This document shows positions 18,245 through 28,586 of a DNA stretch of 64,000 nt, one piece after another. The notes below the pieces were generated by a model. That model saw only the letters and a program-made list of their open reading frames with translations, was not told where the DNA came from and did not search any database. The translations under genes and the position numbers were made by a program. How positions within the stretch are numbered: position 1 is the stretch's first letter; the number at the start of each line of letters is the position of its first letter. The stretch lies in sequence record NC_047767.1, one strand, 5' to 3'. This DNA is from Staphylococcus phage vB_SscM-1.

Positions 18245-18472
18245 CTACCAATCATGTGTATAGGCTTCCCATAAATCTTCACTTCTCATCTCATGTATAT
18301 TATCTATAATCTCATTGGCTCTTTCCTTATCTACTAAATCTAGCTCTATATCTTTTTTATCTATACCAAGCCTATATAAATAATAATGACTAGCTAGAAT
18401 ATACTCTTTTTGTTTAGGTGTCATCTTATTAACTCTTAATTTCTCTTGTTTTATATACTCTTGAAAGTCCAT
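18245..18472 (-). CDS. Hypothetical protein (75 aa; start moved to the ATG after AAAGGAGGG)
   Basis: RBS AAAGGAGGG then 6 nt then ATG at 18472. Confidence 0.5.
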   Translation of the reverse strand: MDFQEYIKQEKLRVNKMTPKQKEYILASHYYLYRLGIDKKDIELDLVDKERANEIIDNIHEMRSEDLWEAYTHDW

Positions 18473-18486
18473 ACGTAACCCTCCTT

Positions 18487-18909
18487 TTAATTCCATAAAC
18501 TAGGCATTATAATAGCTAGGTTCATAAGTATATCTTTTATTAATTCTTTTTCTCTATTGTGTTCTTCAATAATTAAATCGTAAGTTTTACCATAATCAAA
18601 CTCTGTTTCATGTAATTCTATAATTAAAGATTTAATATGCTCTATCATCTCTATTTCAGTTCTTTCAACACCGTTGGTATCCTTAAAAGTGAGATAGGTC
18701 GAATCCACACACGCACGTTCACTACTATCTATAAAAGCATTTAAATCTGCGTATAATTGAATAAAGAAAGAACTATCGAAGTTCCAATACATAGGTTCAT
18801 TCCTACCTAATTTTTTATTCAACTTTTTATAATATTTACTCTTCTTTAACCCAAAAACTTCTTTCTCAAAGTCGTTTAGTTTAAGTCCTTTATAGTATTT
18901 CTTCTTCAT
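18487..18909 (-). CDS. Hypothetical protein (140 aa; start moved to MKKKYYK)
   Basis: ATG at 18909 sits immediately after the phosphatase stop, with GAGGAA RBS. Confidence 0.5.
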   Translation of the reverse strand: MKKKYYKGLKLNDFEKEVFGLKKSKYYKKLNKKLGRNEPMYWNFDSSFFIQLYADLNAFIDSSERACVDSTYLTFKDTNGVERTEIEMIEHIKSLIIELHETEFDYGKTYDLIIEEHNREKELIKDILMNLAIIMPSLWN

Positions 18910-18910
18910 A

Positions 18911-19612
18911 TTATTCCTCCAATCTAATAAGTGGTAACTCACTAACACCAAATACTGCCCCTACATCACACATTAACATACTACCATTCTCTTCTACTTC
19001 TCTACTACTTGTAGGTGTATGACCACATACATAAATGTAATCATCATTCCTAGGTTTAAAATCCCTAGACCATAATAATTCACCTAGTGATTGTTCTTCA
19101 ACTGGTTTGTAACTTACACCACCTGAATGAGTAAAAATGTATTTACCTTCTTTATAGTACTTTCTACAATTAGCCATAAGTATTTTAAACTTTCTATAAT
19201 TATCTGATTTCTTAAGTTTAATTAGTTCTTCTTTAATAAAGTCAAAATTATCTCTCATATTATCTTCTACACTATTATATTTTAAGGGTAATGTACTTAC
19301 ACCATAAGAGCTAAGTGTTTCTATGCAATATCTCGATAACCATTCAATGTCATAAATATTTAAACGTTCTACTCTCTCCATAATGTTGTAAAACTCATAA
19401 TCATGGTTACCTAACAAAGCTACTATGTTATCATCATTAGACATTAAGGCAAATATATAGTTAACAACGTCTTTAGAATTGTCTCCTCTATCAATGTAAT
19501 CACCTAAAAATACGATTGTCTCATTAGGTTCCCTTACTTTGTTAATTCTTCTTATTACATTTAGTAATTTATTATATTCACCATGAATATCCGGTACCAC
19601 GTATATAGCCAT
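18911..19612 (-). CDS. Serine/threonine protein phosphatase (calcineurin-like metallophosphoesterase)
   Basis: Motifs DIHG, GDYIDRG, GNHDYE. Confidence 0.85.
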   Translation of the reverse strand: MAIYVVPDIHGEYNKLLNVIRRINKVREPNETIVFLGDYIDRGDNSKDVVNYIFALMSNDDNIVALLGNHDYEFYNIMERVERLNIYDIEWLSRYCIETLSSYGVSTLPLKYNSVEDNMRDNFDFIKEELIKLKKSDNYRKFKILMANCRKYYKEGKYIFTHSGGVSYKPVEEQSLGELLWSRDFKPRNDDYIYVCGHTPTSSREVEENGSMLMCDVGAVFGVSELPLIRLEE

Positions 19613-19657
19613 TAGTTATCCTCCTTTTAATAACCTTTTCTTTAAGTTGTTATTAAC

Positions 19658-19726
19658 ATTATACCATATGTGATTATAGGTGTCAACTAGAATATAAAAA
19701 AAACACCTAAAATTAATTAGGTGTTA
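19658..19726 (-). promoter_or_regulatory. Terminator (ACACCTAA..TTAGGTGT plus T8) followed by consensus promoter TTGACA-N17-TATAAT
   Basis: Reverse complement read directly. Confidence 0.65.
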
Positions 19727-22240
19727 GTTTCCTGCATAGAATGAAATTCCTGATAAACTTATATATTGTCCTTGAGTTCCTGTTTCTATAGCAAAGTTAC
19801 CTGTAGTATCTAGTAAAACTTTACTTATAGTACTATCTGCAACAAATGCACCAAATATTTGTTTATCTCTAGGTCTAAACCCTATAGGTAATGTGAAAGC
19901 TACAGAACCTTGTGCAGGTGTTCCTCCTTTTACTATACCATATAGATAAACCATACCATCCGGCATTTTTATAGCTTTTGCTTTGTAATCATCGTTATAG
20001 TGAACCCAACTGTTTTTAGTTGTTAGTTCTATAGTAACAGGTTCTCTATTAATATTTCCACTCTGAGTTAACTCTTCAGGTTTAGTTGCACCAGTCATCC
20101 ATGTAACATTACCATTGTAGTATACGTCACCTGCTTGAACAACCATACCTTTATCTGATTTATTAGTTCCATGTGTATTTGTAGCATCATTTCTTATAGC
20201 AGAACCATTCATAGATATAACACAAGTTCTTTGGTTATCAAAGTAACAAGAATTAAATCCTCCACCGGAACCATCCCATATTAATGATGGTACTGTAATT
20301 GAACTATCTGCCATTCTGCAAGCATGAACCGTTCCGTAAGCACATCTACTAAATCTAATAAATGATTGACCACTTATACCAGAGGAATTAAAAGATTCTA
20401 TACTTTCTACTTTACAATAAGAAACACAGTCAAAGAATGTTATAGATTTTACTTTTACACCAGTACTACCTAAACTAGGGTCTACTATACCATTTTTCCT
20501 AGATATCCATACTGCAGAACCTATAATACCTTTTACAATAACATTCTCATCATATTCTCCCTCATCTACTTTAATAAAATGGTCTTTTTCTATTAATTTA
20601 GGGATAGAGTCTACTGCTTTTTGTATAGTATTAAAAGGATTATTTTCTGTACCATCACCGTTATTAGTTCCTGATTTACTAACATAAATATTATTGACAC
20701 TTGTTCTAGTTTTATATACTTTATCCATGATTGAGTCTAATTTACTTCCTGGAAATCTCCAACTAGTCCAAGCATCCATACTACCATTAGTTCTTCGTAT
20801 TAACGTTTCCCCTAAGTTTATATGGAAAGGTACAATCATTTGTAAAGCACTAGTAGGGTTTACTTGCCAATGGAATAAACCATAGCTATAATCTTTAGGT
20901 GTATTAAGTGTAGCATTTGTAACCCAATACATACCAGACTGTCTAATTGTGTTAGCATCACTAACAAATGTAGCTGTATCTTTAAAGTCTCCAACATTAG
21001 GTATTGTTCCCATGTTTGCAAAATCTTTACTTAACTTATCCATTTTTACTTGTATATCGGATATATTTTTAGAGTGGTTACTAAATTCTTTTTGGTTACT
21101 TCTATTTTTTCTTATATCTTCACTAATAGTTACATATAAAAAGTCTTTTACTTTTCTTTCTTTAGTTCCATTCTCATCTATAGGATTTGTTATTATACTA
21201 CCTCTAACATTAGTTTGCATAGAGCCTCCACCATCTAAATGGTAGGCAAACTTAACACCTAACTCACTACAAATACGGTAAGTATCCTCATAATCCATAC
21301 CCTGACCATTAATACCTCTACCTTGAACTGATATAACTAATATTGTTCCATCTTCTTTTTGAGCTATAATTTGTCTAGGGTTTTTCTCACCTGTATTAGG
21401 TATACTACTATAAACACTAGGGTCTACTTTCTCACCATTTAATATGATAGGGAAAAATGCTGTTAAAGCATCTATTGAAGTAGTTATATCTTCTAAGTTT
21501 GTAGTGCTAGGTATAGCATTAAGGGTTCTATCATTATCTATAGTTAATGTATAATTTTCTCTATGTGGTGTATTATTTATGATAGTTCCGTTATCCATTT
21601 GTCTACCTAATAGTTTTCCCGTACTTGTATCGAAAACACTAGCATTAGTAACGAAAGATGCATTTTTTCTTAAGGCAAACTCTCTAGCAGTTTCTAGTGA
21701 ACCATCATTAGGGTCATCATTAGCATAACCCCTATTCAATTTTATAGGGTACCCATTACTATCTTCGGTAGGTATTGTTGTAACAGTATACTTTGTGTCT
21801 GTTACACTATCTATATAACTTAAATAGTCAATCTCACTATACATAGAATCTTCATTAATAGTACTACGTAAGATACTAATTTCATTTTCTATTGTATTCA
21901 TAACTATTTCAACAACATAATCTGATGTTATTCTATCTTCTTTACGACCACCAATTTCATTCCAAAAACCCCAATTACCATTTAATTTTGCTTTGGTAAA
22001 AACTCTTTCTGAATTGTAAGGTTGGAAAGTCATAATTGAATAATTAGGGTTCCTAATTAAAAATGTTACATATCCGTTAGCACTAACACCTTCAGGGAAA
22101 CCTGTACTTGTTGTTACATAGTAAAATCCGGAATTAGTAAAGTAAGTATCCGGTGCATTAAGATTAGGTTTATCAACGGTTATAACTGTACCATCATCAC
22201 TTGTAACTTTTCTCTTTTGCCAATTTTCTGTACCTGTCAA
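19724..22240 (-). CDS. Tail fibre / receptor-binding protein, C-terminal 838-aa segment (beta-helix-like), continuous with 22435-22974 after a -1 frame change
   Basis: Hand translation across 22241-22434 in the -1 frame gives GDPGEDG..GEPGKDGQDGQDG..LTGTENWQKRKVT, which runs into this ORF. Confidence 0.6.
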   Translation of the reverse strand: MTGTENWQKRKVTSDDGTVITVDKPNLNAPDTYFTNSGFYYVTTSTGFPEGVSANGYVTFLIRNPNYSIMTFQPYNSERVFTKAKLNGNWGFWNEIGGRKEDRITSDYVVEIVMNTIENEISILRSTINEDSMYSEIDYLSYIDSVTDTKYTVTTIPTEDSNGYPIKLNRGYANDDPNDGSLETAREFALRKNASFVTNASVFDTSTGKLLGRQMDNGTIINNTPHRENYTLTIDNDRTLNAIPSTTNLEDITTSIDALTAFFPIILNGEKVDPSVYSSIPNTGEKNPRQIIAQKEDGTILVISVQGRGINGQGMDYEDTYRICSELGVKFAYHLDGGGSMQTNVRGSIITNPIDENGTKERKVKDFLYVTISEDIRKNRSNQKEFSNHSKNISDIQVKMDKLSKDFANMGTIPNVGDFKDTATFVSDANTIRQSGMYWVTNATLNTPKDYSYGLFHWQVNPTSALQMIVPFHINLGETLIRRTNGSMDAWTSWRFPGSKLDSIMDKVYKTRTSVNNIYVSKSGTNNGDGTENNPFNTIQKAVDSIPKLIEKDHFIKVDEGEYDENVIVKGIIGSAVWISRKNGIVDPSLGSTGVKVKSITFFDCVSYCKVESIESFNSSGISGQSFIRFSRCAYGTVHACRMADSSITVPSLIWDGSGGGFNSCYFDNQRTCVISMNGSAIRNDATNTHGTNKSDKGMVVQAGDVYYNGNVTWMTGATKPEELTQSGNINREPVTIELTTKNSWVHYNDDYKAKAIKMPDGMVYLYGIVKGGTPAQGSVAFTLPIGFRPRDKQIFGAFVADSTISKVLLDTTGNFAIETGTQGQYISLSGISFYAGN

Positions 22241-22434
22241 TCCACCCTTAAGTGTTTCTAACCATTCTTGCTCTGTTCCAGTAAATCCGTTCTCTAATGC
22301 TATCTGGTAAGCAGATAAACCATCTTGACCATCTTGACCATCTTTACCCGGTTCACCTACTAAGCTATCTAGGAAATCCTGTATATTACCTACAAAACCA
22401 TTCTCTAATGCTATCTCATATGCACTAGCACCAT

Positions 22435-22974
22435 CTACACCAAAACCATCTTCACCTGGGTCACCTTTTCACCTGGTTCCCCAGGTTCACCTTTAAGTGA
22501 CTCTAGCCATTCTTCTCTAGTTCCTTGGAAACCTTCTGCTAAAGCTATTTCATAAGCAGAACCGCCTTCGGTAATATCAACACCATCTCTACCAGGTTTT
22601 CCAGGTTCTCCTTGCTCCCCTTGTTCACCTTTAAGGCTTTCTAACCATTCTTTTTGAGTACCATTAAAACCATTGTCTAATGCTACCTTATAAGCACTAT
22701 CACCTTTTATATCTACTAGTTGTTGTTCTGTTAAATCACTAAAGTATACAATTACTAATTTTTCTCTCATCTGTCTTAGTGTAGTAAATTCTGGTACAGT
22801 AGCTTTAGGTAGAATTTTACCTTCTACTTCCCACCCTACGTAAAATTCACCTTCTGGATAGTCAGTATCTGGTATAAGGTTTTCTATTGTTATATAACCT
22901 GTAGTACCTTTAACATCCATTGTGGTATTTATTACTTTATTATACTTATCATATAGTAGTAAATTTTTAGCCAT
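22435..22974 (-). CDS. Tail fibre N-terminal segment with collagen-like G-X-Y runs and repeated SAYEIAL-GF-GT-EWLESLKG modules
   Basis: GEQGEQGEPGKPGRDG and GEPGEPGEK; frame breaks at the A4/T4 run near 22461-22470. Confidence 0.6.
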   Translation of the reverse strand: MAKNLLLYDKYNKVINTTMDVKGTTGYITIENLIPDTDYPEGEFYVGWEVEGKILPKATVPEFTTLRQMREKLVIVYFSDLTEQQLVDIKGDSAYKVALDNGFNGTQKEWLESLKGEQGEQGEPGKPGRDGVDITEGGSAYEIALAEGFQGTREEWLESLKGEPGEPGEKVTQVKMVLV

Positions 22975-23034
22975 AATATGTCTCCTATTCTTTACATTTA
23001 ATCACTATATAATATATCATAAAAGACACTGAAA

Positions 23035-23271
23035 TTAATCAGTGTCTTCTTCTAAATATTCTATGAAGTTCATAATTTTAAGGTATTGAGTGTTAGAAGG
23101 GTTTATAGTTCTTTTAAGTTTAACAAACTTCTTTAATTCATCCCACTTCTTCTCACTTTCTTGCCACTTTTCAAAATGTAATAATGATTGTGCTTTATGT
23201 TTCTCAATCTCTAATGGTACATTTACATTGCTTGCAGTTACATTGTTTATCTTCTTCTCCATTAGCATCAT
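23035..23271 (-). CDS. Hypothetical protein (78 aa; overlaps the 3' end of the upstream gene, weak RBS)
   Basis: ORF track only. Confidence 0.3.
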   Translation of the reverse strand: MMLMEKKINNVTASNVNVPLEIEKHKAQSLLHFEKWQESEKKWDELKKFVKLKRTINPSNTQYLKIMNFIEYLEEDTD

Positions 23272-23821
23272 CCAATTTTTTAAATTTTTCTGTTAATTCT
23301 TTATTCTCTAATCGTAATCTGTTGAATTCATCTACATCTACAATAATAAGGTCTCCTAGTTGTTTAGGTTCCGGGTAAAAATCAGGAACACTTCTACCGT
23401 AATATTCTAATTCTTTTTCAATGTCTATAAGCTTTTTATAATAATTACGTTGTATAGAAGATAAGCTGTTCATTGCCCTAAGTGATTTACTTAAGGCATC
23501 CCTTTCAGTTTTATAGTGATTAACACTAGATTTCATTAAATAATTATGCTTTCTAAATTCCTTCATTAAATCTGATGCATATTCTTGTACTATAGCTGTT
23601 TCTGCACTCTTAGAGTCTCTGTTTAAAATTTTAATATTATAATCCCGGTCTTCTGGGTATACTTCAAATGTACCTTTTTCCGGAGAGTATATAGTGATAA
23701 CATAAGATTCTTCATCGTAAATACTTGTTACTATACCTGTGTCTACTTTATTATTTGATACATCATAAATCTCTATTTCCATATCTAGCCCAATTTCTTT
23801 AAACTCTACATACTTTTCCAT
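23204..23821 (-). CDS. Hypothetical protein (205 aa; start moved to MEKYVEF), Cys-rich C-terminus
   Basis: RBS GGAGG then 6 nt then ATG at 23821; the ORF-track TTG start is rejected. Confidence 0.5.
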   Translation of the reverse strand: MEKYVEFKEIGLDMEIEIYDVSNNKVDTGIVTSIYDEESYVITIYSPEKGTFEVYPEDRDYNIKILNRDSKSAETAIVQEYASDLMKEFRKHNYLMKSSVNHYKTERDALSKSLRAMNSLSSIQRNYYKKLIDIEKELEYYGRSVPDFYPEPKQLGDLIIVDVDEFNRLRLENKELTEKFKKLDDANGEEDKQCNCKQCKCTIRD

Positions 23822-24018
23822 AATATTCCTCCATATATTGTAATAAAAAATATTGTTAAAATTAATGTTACTCCTGATAAGATTACAATCCAACCTCTTA
23901 TGGTTTCACCATCACGTAAGTAAACAGTACCTAAATACGTGATGTTAGCTCCTGCTCCAAACAGTAAGCACATAAAACATAGTATAACTATTGCTAGTAT
24001 GATACTTAAAACTATCAT
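23806..24018 (-). CDS. Small membrane protein (70 aa, two TM segments)
   Basis: RBS AAAGGA then 9 nt then ATG. Confidence 0.45.
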   Translation of the reverse strand: MIVLSIILAIVILCFMCLLFGAGANITYLGTVYLRDGETIRGWIVILSGVTLILTIFFITIYGGILWKSM

Positions 24019-24114
24019 ATTTCATAATCCTTTGGAGCTTCAACTGTATCTGGTATAGATGCATCTGTATAAATTTTACAAATCATCAGTAACCCTAATG
24101 TAAATAAAACTAAG

Positions 24115-24435
24115 CTAGTAAATAGTTTCATCTTCAATTTCCTCCTCTGTTAGTTCATACGTAGATAGCTGATATTTAAATATAGCGTTTTTACAAGCTA
24201 TATTTAAATAATCATTACAATCTTTAATAGACACACAATTATCAGCAATATCTACTATATCTACATCTACCATTATAACCATACCATTGTAAACAATGTT
24301 AGCAACATATATGTGTTCTGTACCTTCTAGGGTAGCATGGTGAGTTAAGTTATGGTTAACTACATCTAAGTCAGTATTGTCAAAGAAATGTTTACAGATT
24401 AGCTCTAAATTATTAATCATGTAAACTGTTCCCAT
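24115..24435 (-). CDS. Hypothetical protein (about 106 aa)
   Basis: ORF track; first ATG is at 24435. Confidence 0.45.
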   Translation of the reverse strand: MGTVYMINNLELICKHFFDNTDLDVVNHNLTHHATLEGTEHIYVANIVYNGMVIMVDVDIVDIADNCVSIKDCNDYLNIACKNAIFKYQLSTYELTEEEIEDETIY

Positions 24436-24853
24436 TTTCAATAAAGTTCTTCATACGTGTAAAGTAAATTCTGATTTTCTCCACTTCTTTAGCCTCATCA
24501 TCTTTTCTACCTAACCTTACAGTATATTTCACAATGTTAAATATCATAGAAGTCATAAATCCTATTACAGTTACTCTGTCCTCTAAGAAAGATATAACAT
24601 CCTGTGAGCCCGCATAGTGCTTAGGTATCTCAATCTTAGACTCTACACCATAATATTTTTCTAACATTCTTATGTTTGTGTCTAGTGCTATTAATGAGTT
24701 ATGAATCTGAGCTTCCGTTGGTGGAACATTTTTAACCATAAATGGTGTGTCCTCTATTATCTTATTACATGAATTCAAAATGTTTAGTTTAAATGCTGTA
24801 ATACCTGTTTCTTCTTTCTCTTGACTTTTAATAAATTCCTCTGTACTTAACAT
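24413..24853 (-). CDS. Hypothetical protein (146 aa)
   Basis: ORF track. Confidence 0.5.
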   Translation of the reverse strand: MLSTEEFIKSQEKEETGITAFKLNILNSCNKIIEDTPFMVKNVPPTEAQIHNSLIALDTNIRMLEKYYGVESKIEIPKHYAGSQDVISFLEDRVTVIGFMTSMIFNIVKYTVRLGRKDDEAKEVEKIRIYFTRMKNFIENGNSLHD

Positions 24854-24970
24854 ATAATTCCTCCTTTTAGTTATAAAAAAACCTCCTACACTTTAAGTGA
24901 AGGAGGAAAAGGAAAAAGATATTATGGAATGTATAATTATCTTATACGCTCCTTAATATAACAATTTTCC

Positions 24971-25402
24971 TTAGTCAAGACCTGTAGAGCCAAATCCATT
25001 TTCTCCACGGTCTGATTCACCTTCAAAGCTGTCTACTACGTTAACTTCAGGGTATAAAACAGGTGCTATAACTAACTGTGCAATTTTCTTACCTTTTTCA
25101 ATTACGGTTTTAAATGGGTAGATGTTGTCTACCATTACACCAATCTCTCCTCTGTAGGATTGGTCAACTGTTCCTAACTGTACTCTGACTCCTGTTTTAC
25201 TTGTAATACCTGACTTAGGTCTTACCTGAGCCTCTACGCCTAAAGGTAAATCAATAGCAATACCTGTAGGTACAATAGCACTACTATGAGGCTCAATTTC
25301 AATACGCTCTGTAGCGTATAAGTCTAACCCTGAATCTGTAGGGTTGGCTCTGTTTGGAGCCTTAGCTTTCTCATTTAATAACATAACATTCAATTTTTCC
25401 AT
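24971..25402 (-). CDS. dut: dUTP diphosphatase
   Basis: Motifs NPTDSGLDL, RPKSG, DQSYRGEIGV, RGENGFGSTG. Confidence 0.85.
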   Translation of the reverse strand: MEKLNVMLLNEKAKAPNRANPTDSGLDLYATERIEIEPHSSAIVPTGIAIDLPLGVEAQVRPKSGITSKTGVRVQLGTVDQSYRGEIGVMVDNIYPFKTVIEKGKKIAQLVIAPVLYPEVNVVDSFEGESDRGENGFGSTGLD

Positions 25403-25417
25403 AAGTTTAATTCTCCT

Positions 25418-25648
25418 TTAATATATATCTTTAATATTTACATCTTGAAGTCGTAAACAACCTGAGTAACTTTCTACCTTCAAGTTATCGTCAACTAGTT
25501 CACGCAAGTTATTAGTGATATCGTACTCATCAATATATCCTACATCAGCGTTAGCCTTTACTTCTATTGTGATTGTGATATCTTCATTCAATACTTCTGG
25601 CATATTATACCGTACCTCCTTACTTCCCTTACACAGTAAGTATAACAT
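25418..25648 (-). CDS. Hypothetical protein (76 aa)
   Basis: ORF track. Confidence 0.45.
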   Translation of the reverse strand: MLYLLCKGSKEVRYNMPEVLNEDITITIEVKANADVGYIDEYDITNNLRELVDDNLKVESYSGCLRLQDVNIKDIY

Positions 25649-25803
25649 ACCAGGTAGTATAAGTCAAGTTAAATCTCAGAAAGTTTTATTTGTTTTTTTA
25701 AATCTTTATAAATGCGTTCCACTTCTTTATCCATTTTGCTTTTACTTAAATGTTCTTTTAATACTTTAGCATCTTCAATTGAAAAAATGATAACTGGTTT
25801 CAT

Positions 25804-27906
25804 TTAGCTTGCCTCCTTGAATTCTTTTCTGTTTATTTTTTTAATATCTTTCTCTAATTCTACTTTTAATTCATTAGGTAACCTATAAGTATCAATAGAC
25901 TGCTGTTGACCTAATACATACCCATTTTGAGTGATTCTAATCTCAACTGTATACCATGAGTTATCTAAGTCTTCTTCTAATCTGGCAAGTAAAATTAAAC
26001 AATTATTCTTTATAATTCTGTTAGCATATCCACCTACACAGTGGGATAACATTTTACCCTCTTCTTTTAATTTAGAAACTGAATCTGCTGGTAAAAATTT
26101 AACCTTTCTTCCATCTGCTAACTTATAAGTTTTGTTTATAATACTTGTTAACTTGTCTTGATATCTATTTTTTAATTCTTTATCATCGAGCTCACTCTGT
26201 ATAGCTTGTTTCTCATCTGTTACTATATCATGCTCTAATTTTAATGAGAACGGAGTTAAATTAACACTTCTTTCTGTTCTATATCCTGCACCTACCAAAG
26301 AAGCTAAATCATTAATATAGTCTTTATAAATATTTGATAGACCATAATAGGTTATACGCTGTCTATCTTGAGCATCTACATCTAAGTAATGAACCATTTT
26401 TTTAAAGTCAGCAAATGTAATATTTATAGTATTATTAACATGCTCTCCAAATTCTAACGCAATAGAAACACTAGAAGGATGTTGAACCATTAAAAATGTA
26501 TCATCAAATAGTTTATTCAAGTTTATTTCATTATATAAGTGGTTAAAACTCTTTTCTAATCTCTTAGAAAAAGTAAGGTAATTATTTTGTTCAAATCTAT
26601 TAAGCTCTGTTAACTTATTGTAAACTTGTTTATTGAGTCCAAACGCTGTGTGTATTTTCCATTTACTACCTTTAGGTATACTAAACAACGAACTAAACGT
26701 GTTGAACATTTCATGTGTAGGGCTGTTATTAATCTTATCTATATTTTTAACAATTAAGGCTACTACTTCTAAGTAGTTATGCTCCTCTACCTTTACGCTT
26801 TTGATACCCTCTACTCTTGTGTTGTCTCTATAAATTGTGTAATGATTATTACCTACTTTAACTGAGCTATATGAACTACCATCAGTATACCTAGCTCTTG
26901 ACATAGAGTAACTTTCGTTACGTAGTGTTTTTTGTATAATACTAAATAATGCCGATTCTGTTAGGTTAGACTTTCTATAGTTTTTTAGAACAACATTAAT
27001 AATAACTTTTAAGTTAATATTTTCTTTAAATTCAAGTTCACGTATATCATCTTTATAAATGTTTAGAGATATCTCTCTTCTAGATATACTATTAGATAGG
27101 TAAGCCTTTAACTCTCCTGTCTTAGTATCAATATAGCTATCTTTTGTTAATAGCCATTCACCACCTACACTATTCATGTCTCTAATGTGCTTGACTCTCA
27201 AACCAAAGTCAGAATCGTTACTGTTGTAAGGATGCATACGACTTGCTTGTCTCCATATATTATCTCCTAGTCTTAAATAATATTCAGTAGAGAACTCTTT
27301 ATAGTATCCTGGATACCCTAACTCAGTATTTACATCTATGTTTGCTCTTATAGGGTATAAATTAGCTTGACTAATAATATCTAGGATATCATTATTTAAG
27401 GTTTTTACTTCTTCCTTATATTTATCTAGTTTTTCCTTCTGCCATTCCAAAAGGTTCTCTTCATTTTCAAGCTCTTCTATTTCTTTTTCTAACCAAGCTT
27501 TAGTTGAAGTTGTAAGCCTACTTGCACTACTATACTTATTATAGTACCTACACCCTTTACGTGACTCTCTATCTAGTTTTAAATACTCTTCCCAATGACT
27601 ATTTCTGATATTCCTATGTGAACCTCTTACAAGCTCTTCTAATTTTTTATACGGGTCTCCTTTAAAGGATGTAACTTCCTCATGACCACATAGAGCTAAA
27701 AATAACATAATATTTGTAGCAGTGTCAAAATTAAACAGATTACTAATATCTCTGAATAGCTCTTTAGAACCTAAATTAATAATGTCGTTCTTCTTTTTCT
27801 TTAGAAATACATCTGTTTCTCCTATAAAAATACTATTACAGTTAACCTTAGGTAAATTAATAACCTCTTGTTCTGTTAATCCTTCTTGTTTAAATTTTGC
27901 TGACAT
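25804..27906 (-). CDS. Large hypothetical protein with a PcfJ-like C-terminal region (700 aa as re-called)
   Basis: C-terminal LSHCVGGY motif recalled as PcfJ-like; RBS AGGAGA then 7 nt then ATG at 27906; the ORF-track TTG start at 27936 is rejected. Confidence 0.4.
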   Translation of the reverse strand: MSAKFKQEGLTEQEVINLPKVNCNSIFIGETDVFLKKKKNDIINLGSKELFRDISNLFNFDTATNIMLFLALCGHEEVTSFKGDPYKKLEELVRGSHRNIRNSHWEEYLKLDRESRKGCRYYNKYSSASRLTTSTKAWLEKEIEELENEENLLEWQKEKLDKYKEEVKTLNNDILDIISQANLYPIRANIDVNTELGYPGYYKEFSTEYYLRLGDNIWRQASRMHPYNSNDSDFGLRVKHIRDMNSVGGEWLLTKDSYIDTKTGELKAYLSNSISRREISLNIYKDDIRELEFKENINLKVIINVVLKNYRKSNLTESALFSIIQKTLRNESYSMSRARYTDGSSYSSVKVGNNHYTIYRDNTRVEGIKSVKVEEHNYLEVVALIVKNIDKINNSPTHEMFNTFSSLFSIPKGSKWKIHTAFGLNKQVYNKLTELNRFEQNNYLTFSKRLEKSFNHLYNEINLNKLFDDTFLMVQHPSSVSIALEFGEHVNNTINITFADFKKMVHYLDVDAQDRQRITYYGLSNIYKDYINDLASLVGAGYRTERSVNLTPFSLKLEHDIVTDEKQAIQSELDDKELKNRYQDKLTSIINKTYKLADGRKVKFLPADSVSKLKEEGKMLSHCVGGYANRIIKNNCLILLARLEEDLDNSWYTVEIRITQNGYVLGQQQSIDTYRLPNELKVELEKDIKKINRKEFKEAS

Positions 27907-27935
27907 AATTTCATCTCCTCTTAATTTATAAACCA

Positions 27936-27998
27936 ATTATAACATTAATTTATATAAATGTCAACAAAAAAAGAAGAACTTTTTAAAGTTCTTCTAAT
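27936..27998 (-). promoter_or_regulatory. Terminator (AGAAGAACTTT..AAAGTTCTTCT plus T7) and consensus promoter TTGACA-N17-TATAAT
   Basis: Reverse complement read directly. Confidence 0.65.
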
Positions 27999-28249
27999 GT
28001 TATATCATGTGTTGTTCTTTTAATTCTGTTTACCGGTGTTATATTGCTTCTTTCAATAAGTGTAACATACTTTCTAGAGTTTCTAAAGTTTAACGTATTA
28101 GGCATTGCCAAGGCATCCTCAAAGTCCTTCGTAAAAGATACAGGATTATTAAACTCATCTACTTCACTAACATACTTGTTTTCTGTACTGTCTAGGAATA
28201 TAACCTCATCGTTTGTTATAATCGTATCCGATTTTACAACTTCACTCAT
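27983..28249 (-). CDS. Hypothetical protein (88 aa)
   Basis: ORF track. Confidence 0.5.
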   Translation of the reverse strand: MSEVVKSDTIITNDEVIFLDSTENKYVSEVDEFNNPVSFTKDFEDALAMPNTLNFRNSRKYVTLIERSNITPVNRIKRTTHDITLEEL

Positions 28250-28262
28250 CCCTCAACACTCC

Positions 28263-28586
28263 TTAATATTTTATAATAATGTATTGTCCTTTATGTAGCT
28301 TATCAGAGGACAATCCGTTATACTTCTTTATTAACTCCTTGCTAACTCCATAATGTTTACTTATAGATTGCAAGCTTTCACCTTCTCTTACTTCGTGAGT
28401 AAGATAATCTTTAAATACTAAAACCTTATCTAGATGTGATATACCTACAGATTTAATATTGTTAAGTTCTTGTAGTCTTTCTACACTAACATCGTATTTT
28501 TTACTTATTGACCATAAAGTATCTCCTGATTTAACTCTATGATAGAACCTATTATGAATTCTTTCCAACTTCAGGATTTCTCTCAT
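28263..28586 (-). CDS. LysM-domain protein (two LysM repeats)
   Basis: YHRVKSGDTLWSISKKYDVSVERLQELN and HEVREGESLQSISKHYGVSKELIKKYN. Confidence 0.8.
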   Translation of the reverse strand: MREILKLERIHNRFYHRVKSGDTLWSISKKYDVSVERLQELNNIKSVGISHLDKVLVFKDYLTHEVREGESLQSISKHYGVSKELIKKYNGLSSDKLHKGQYIIIKY

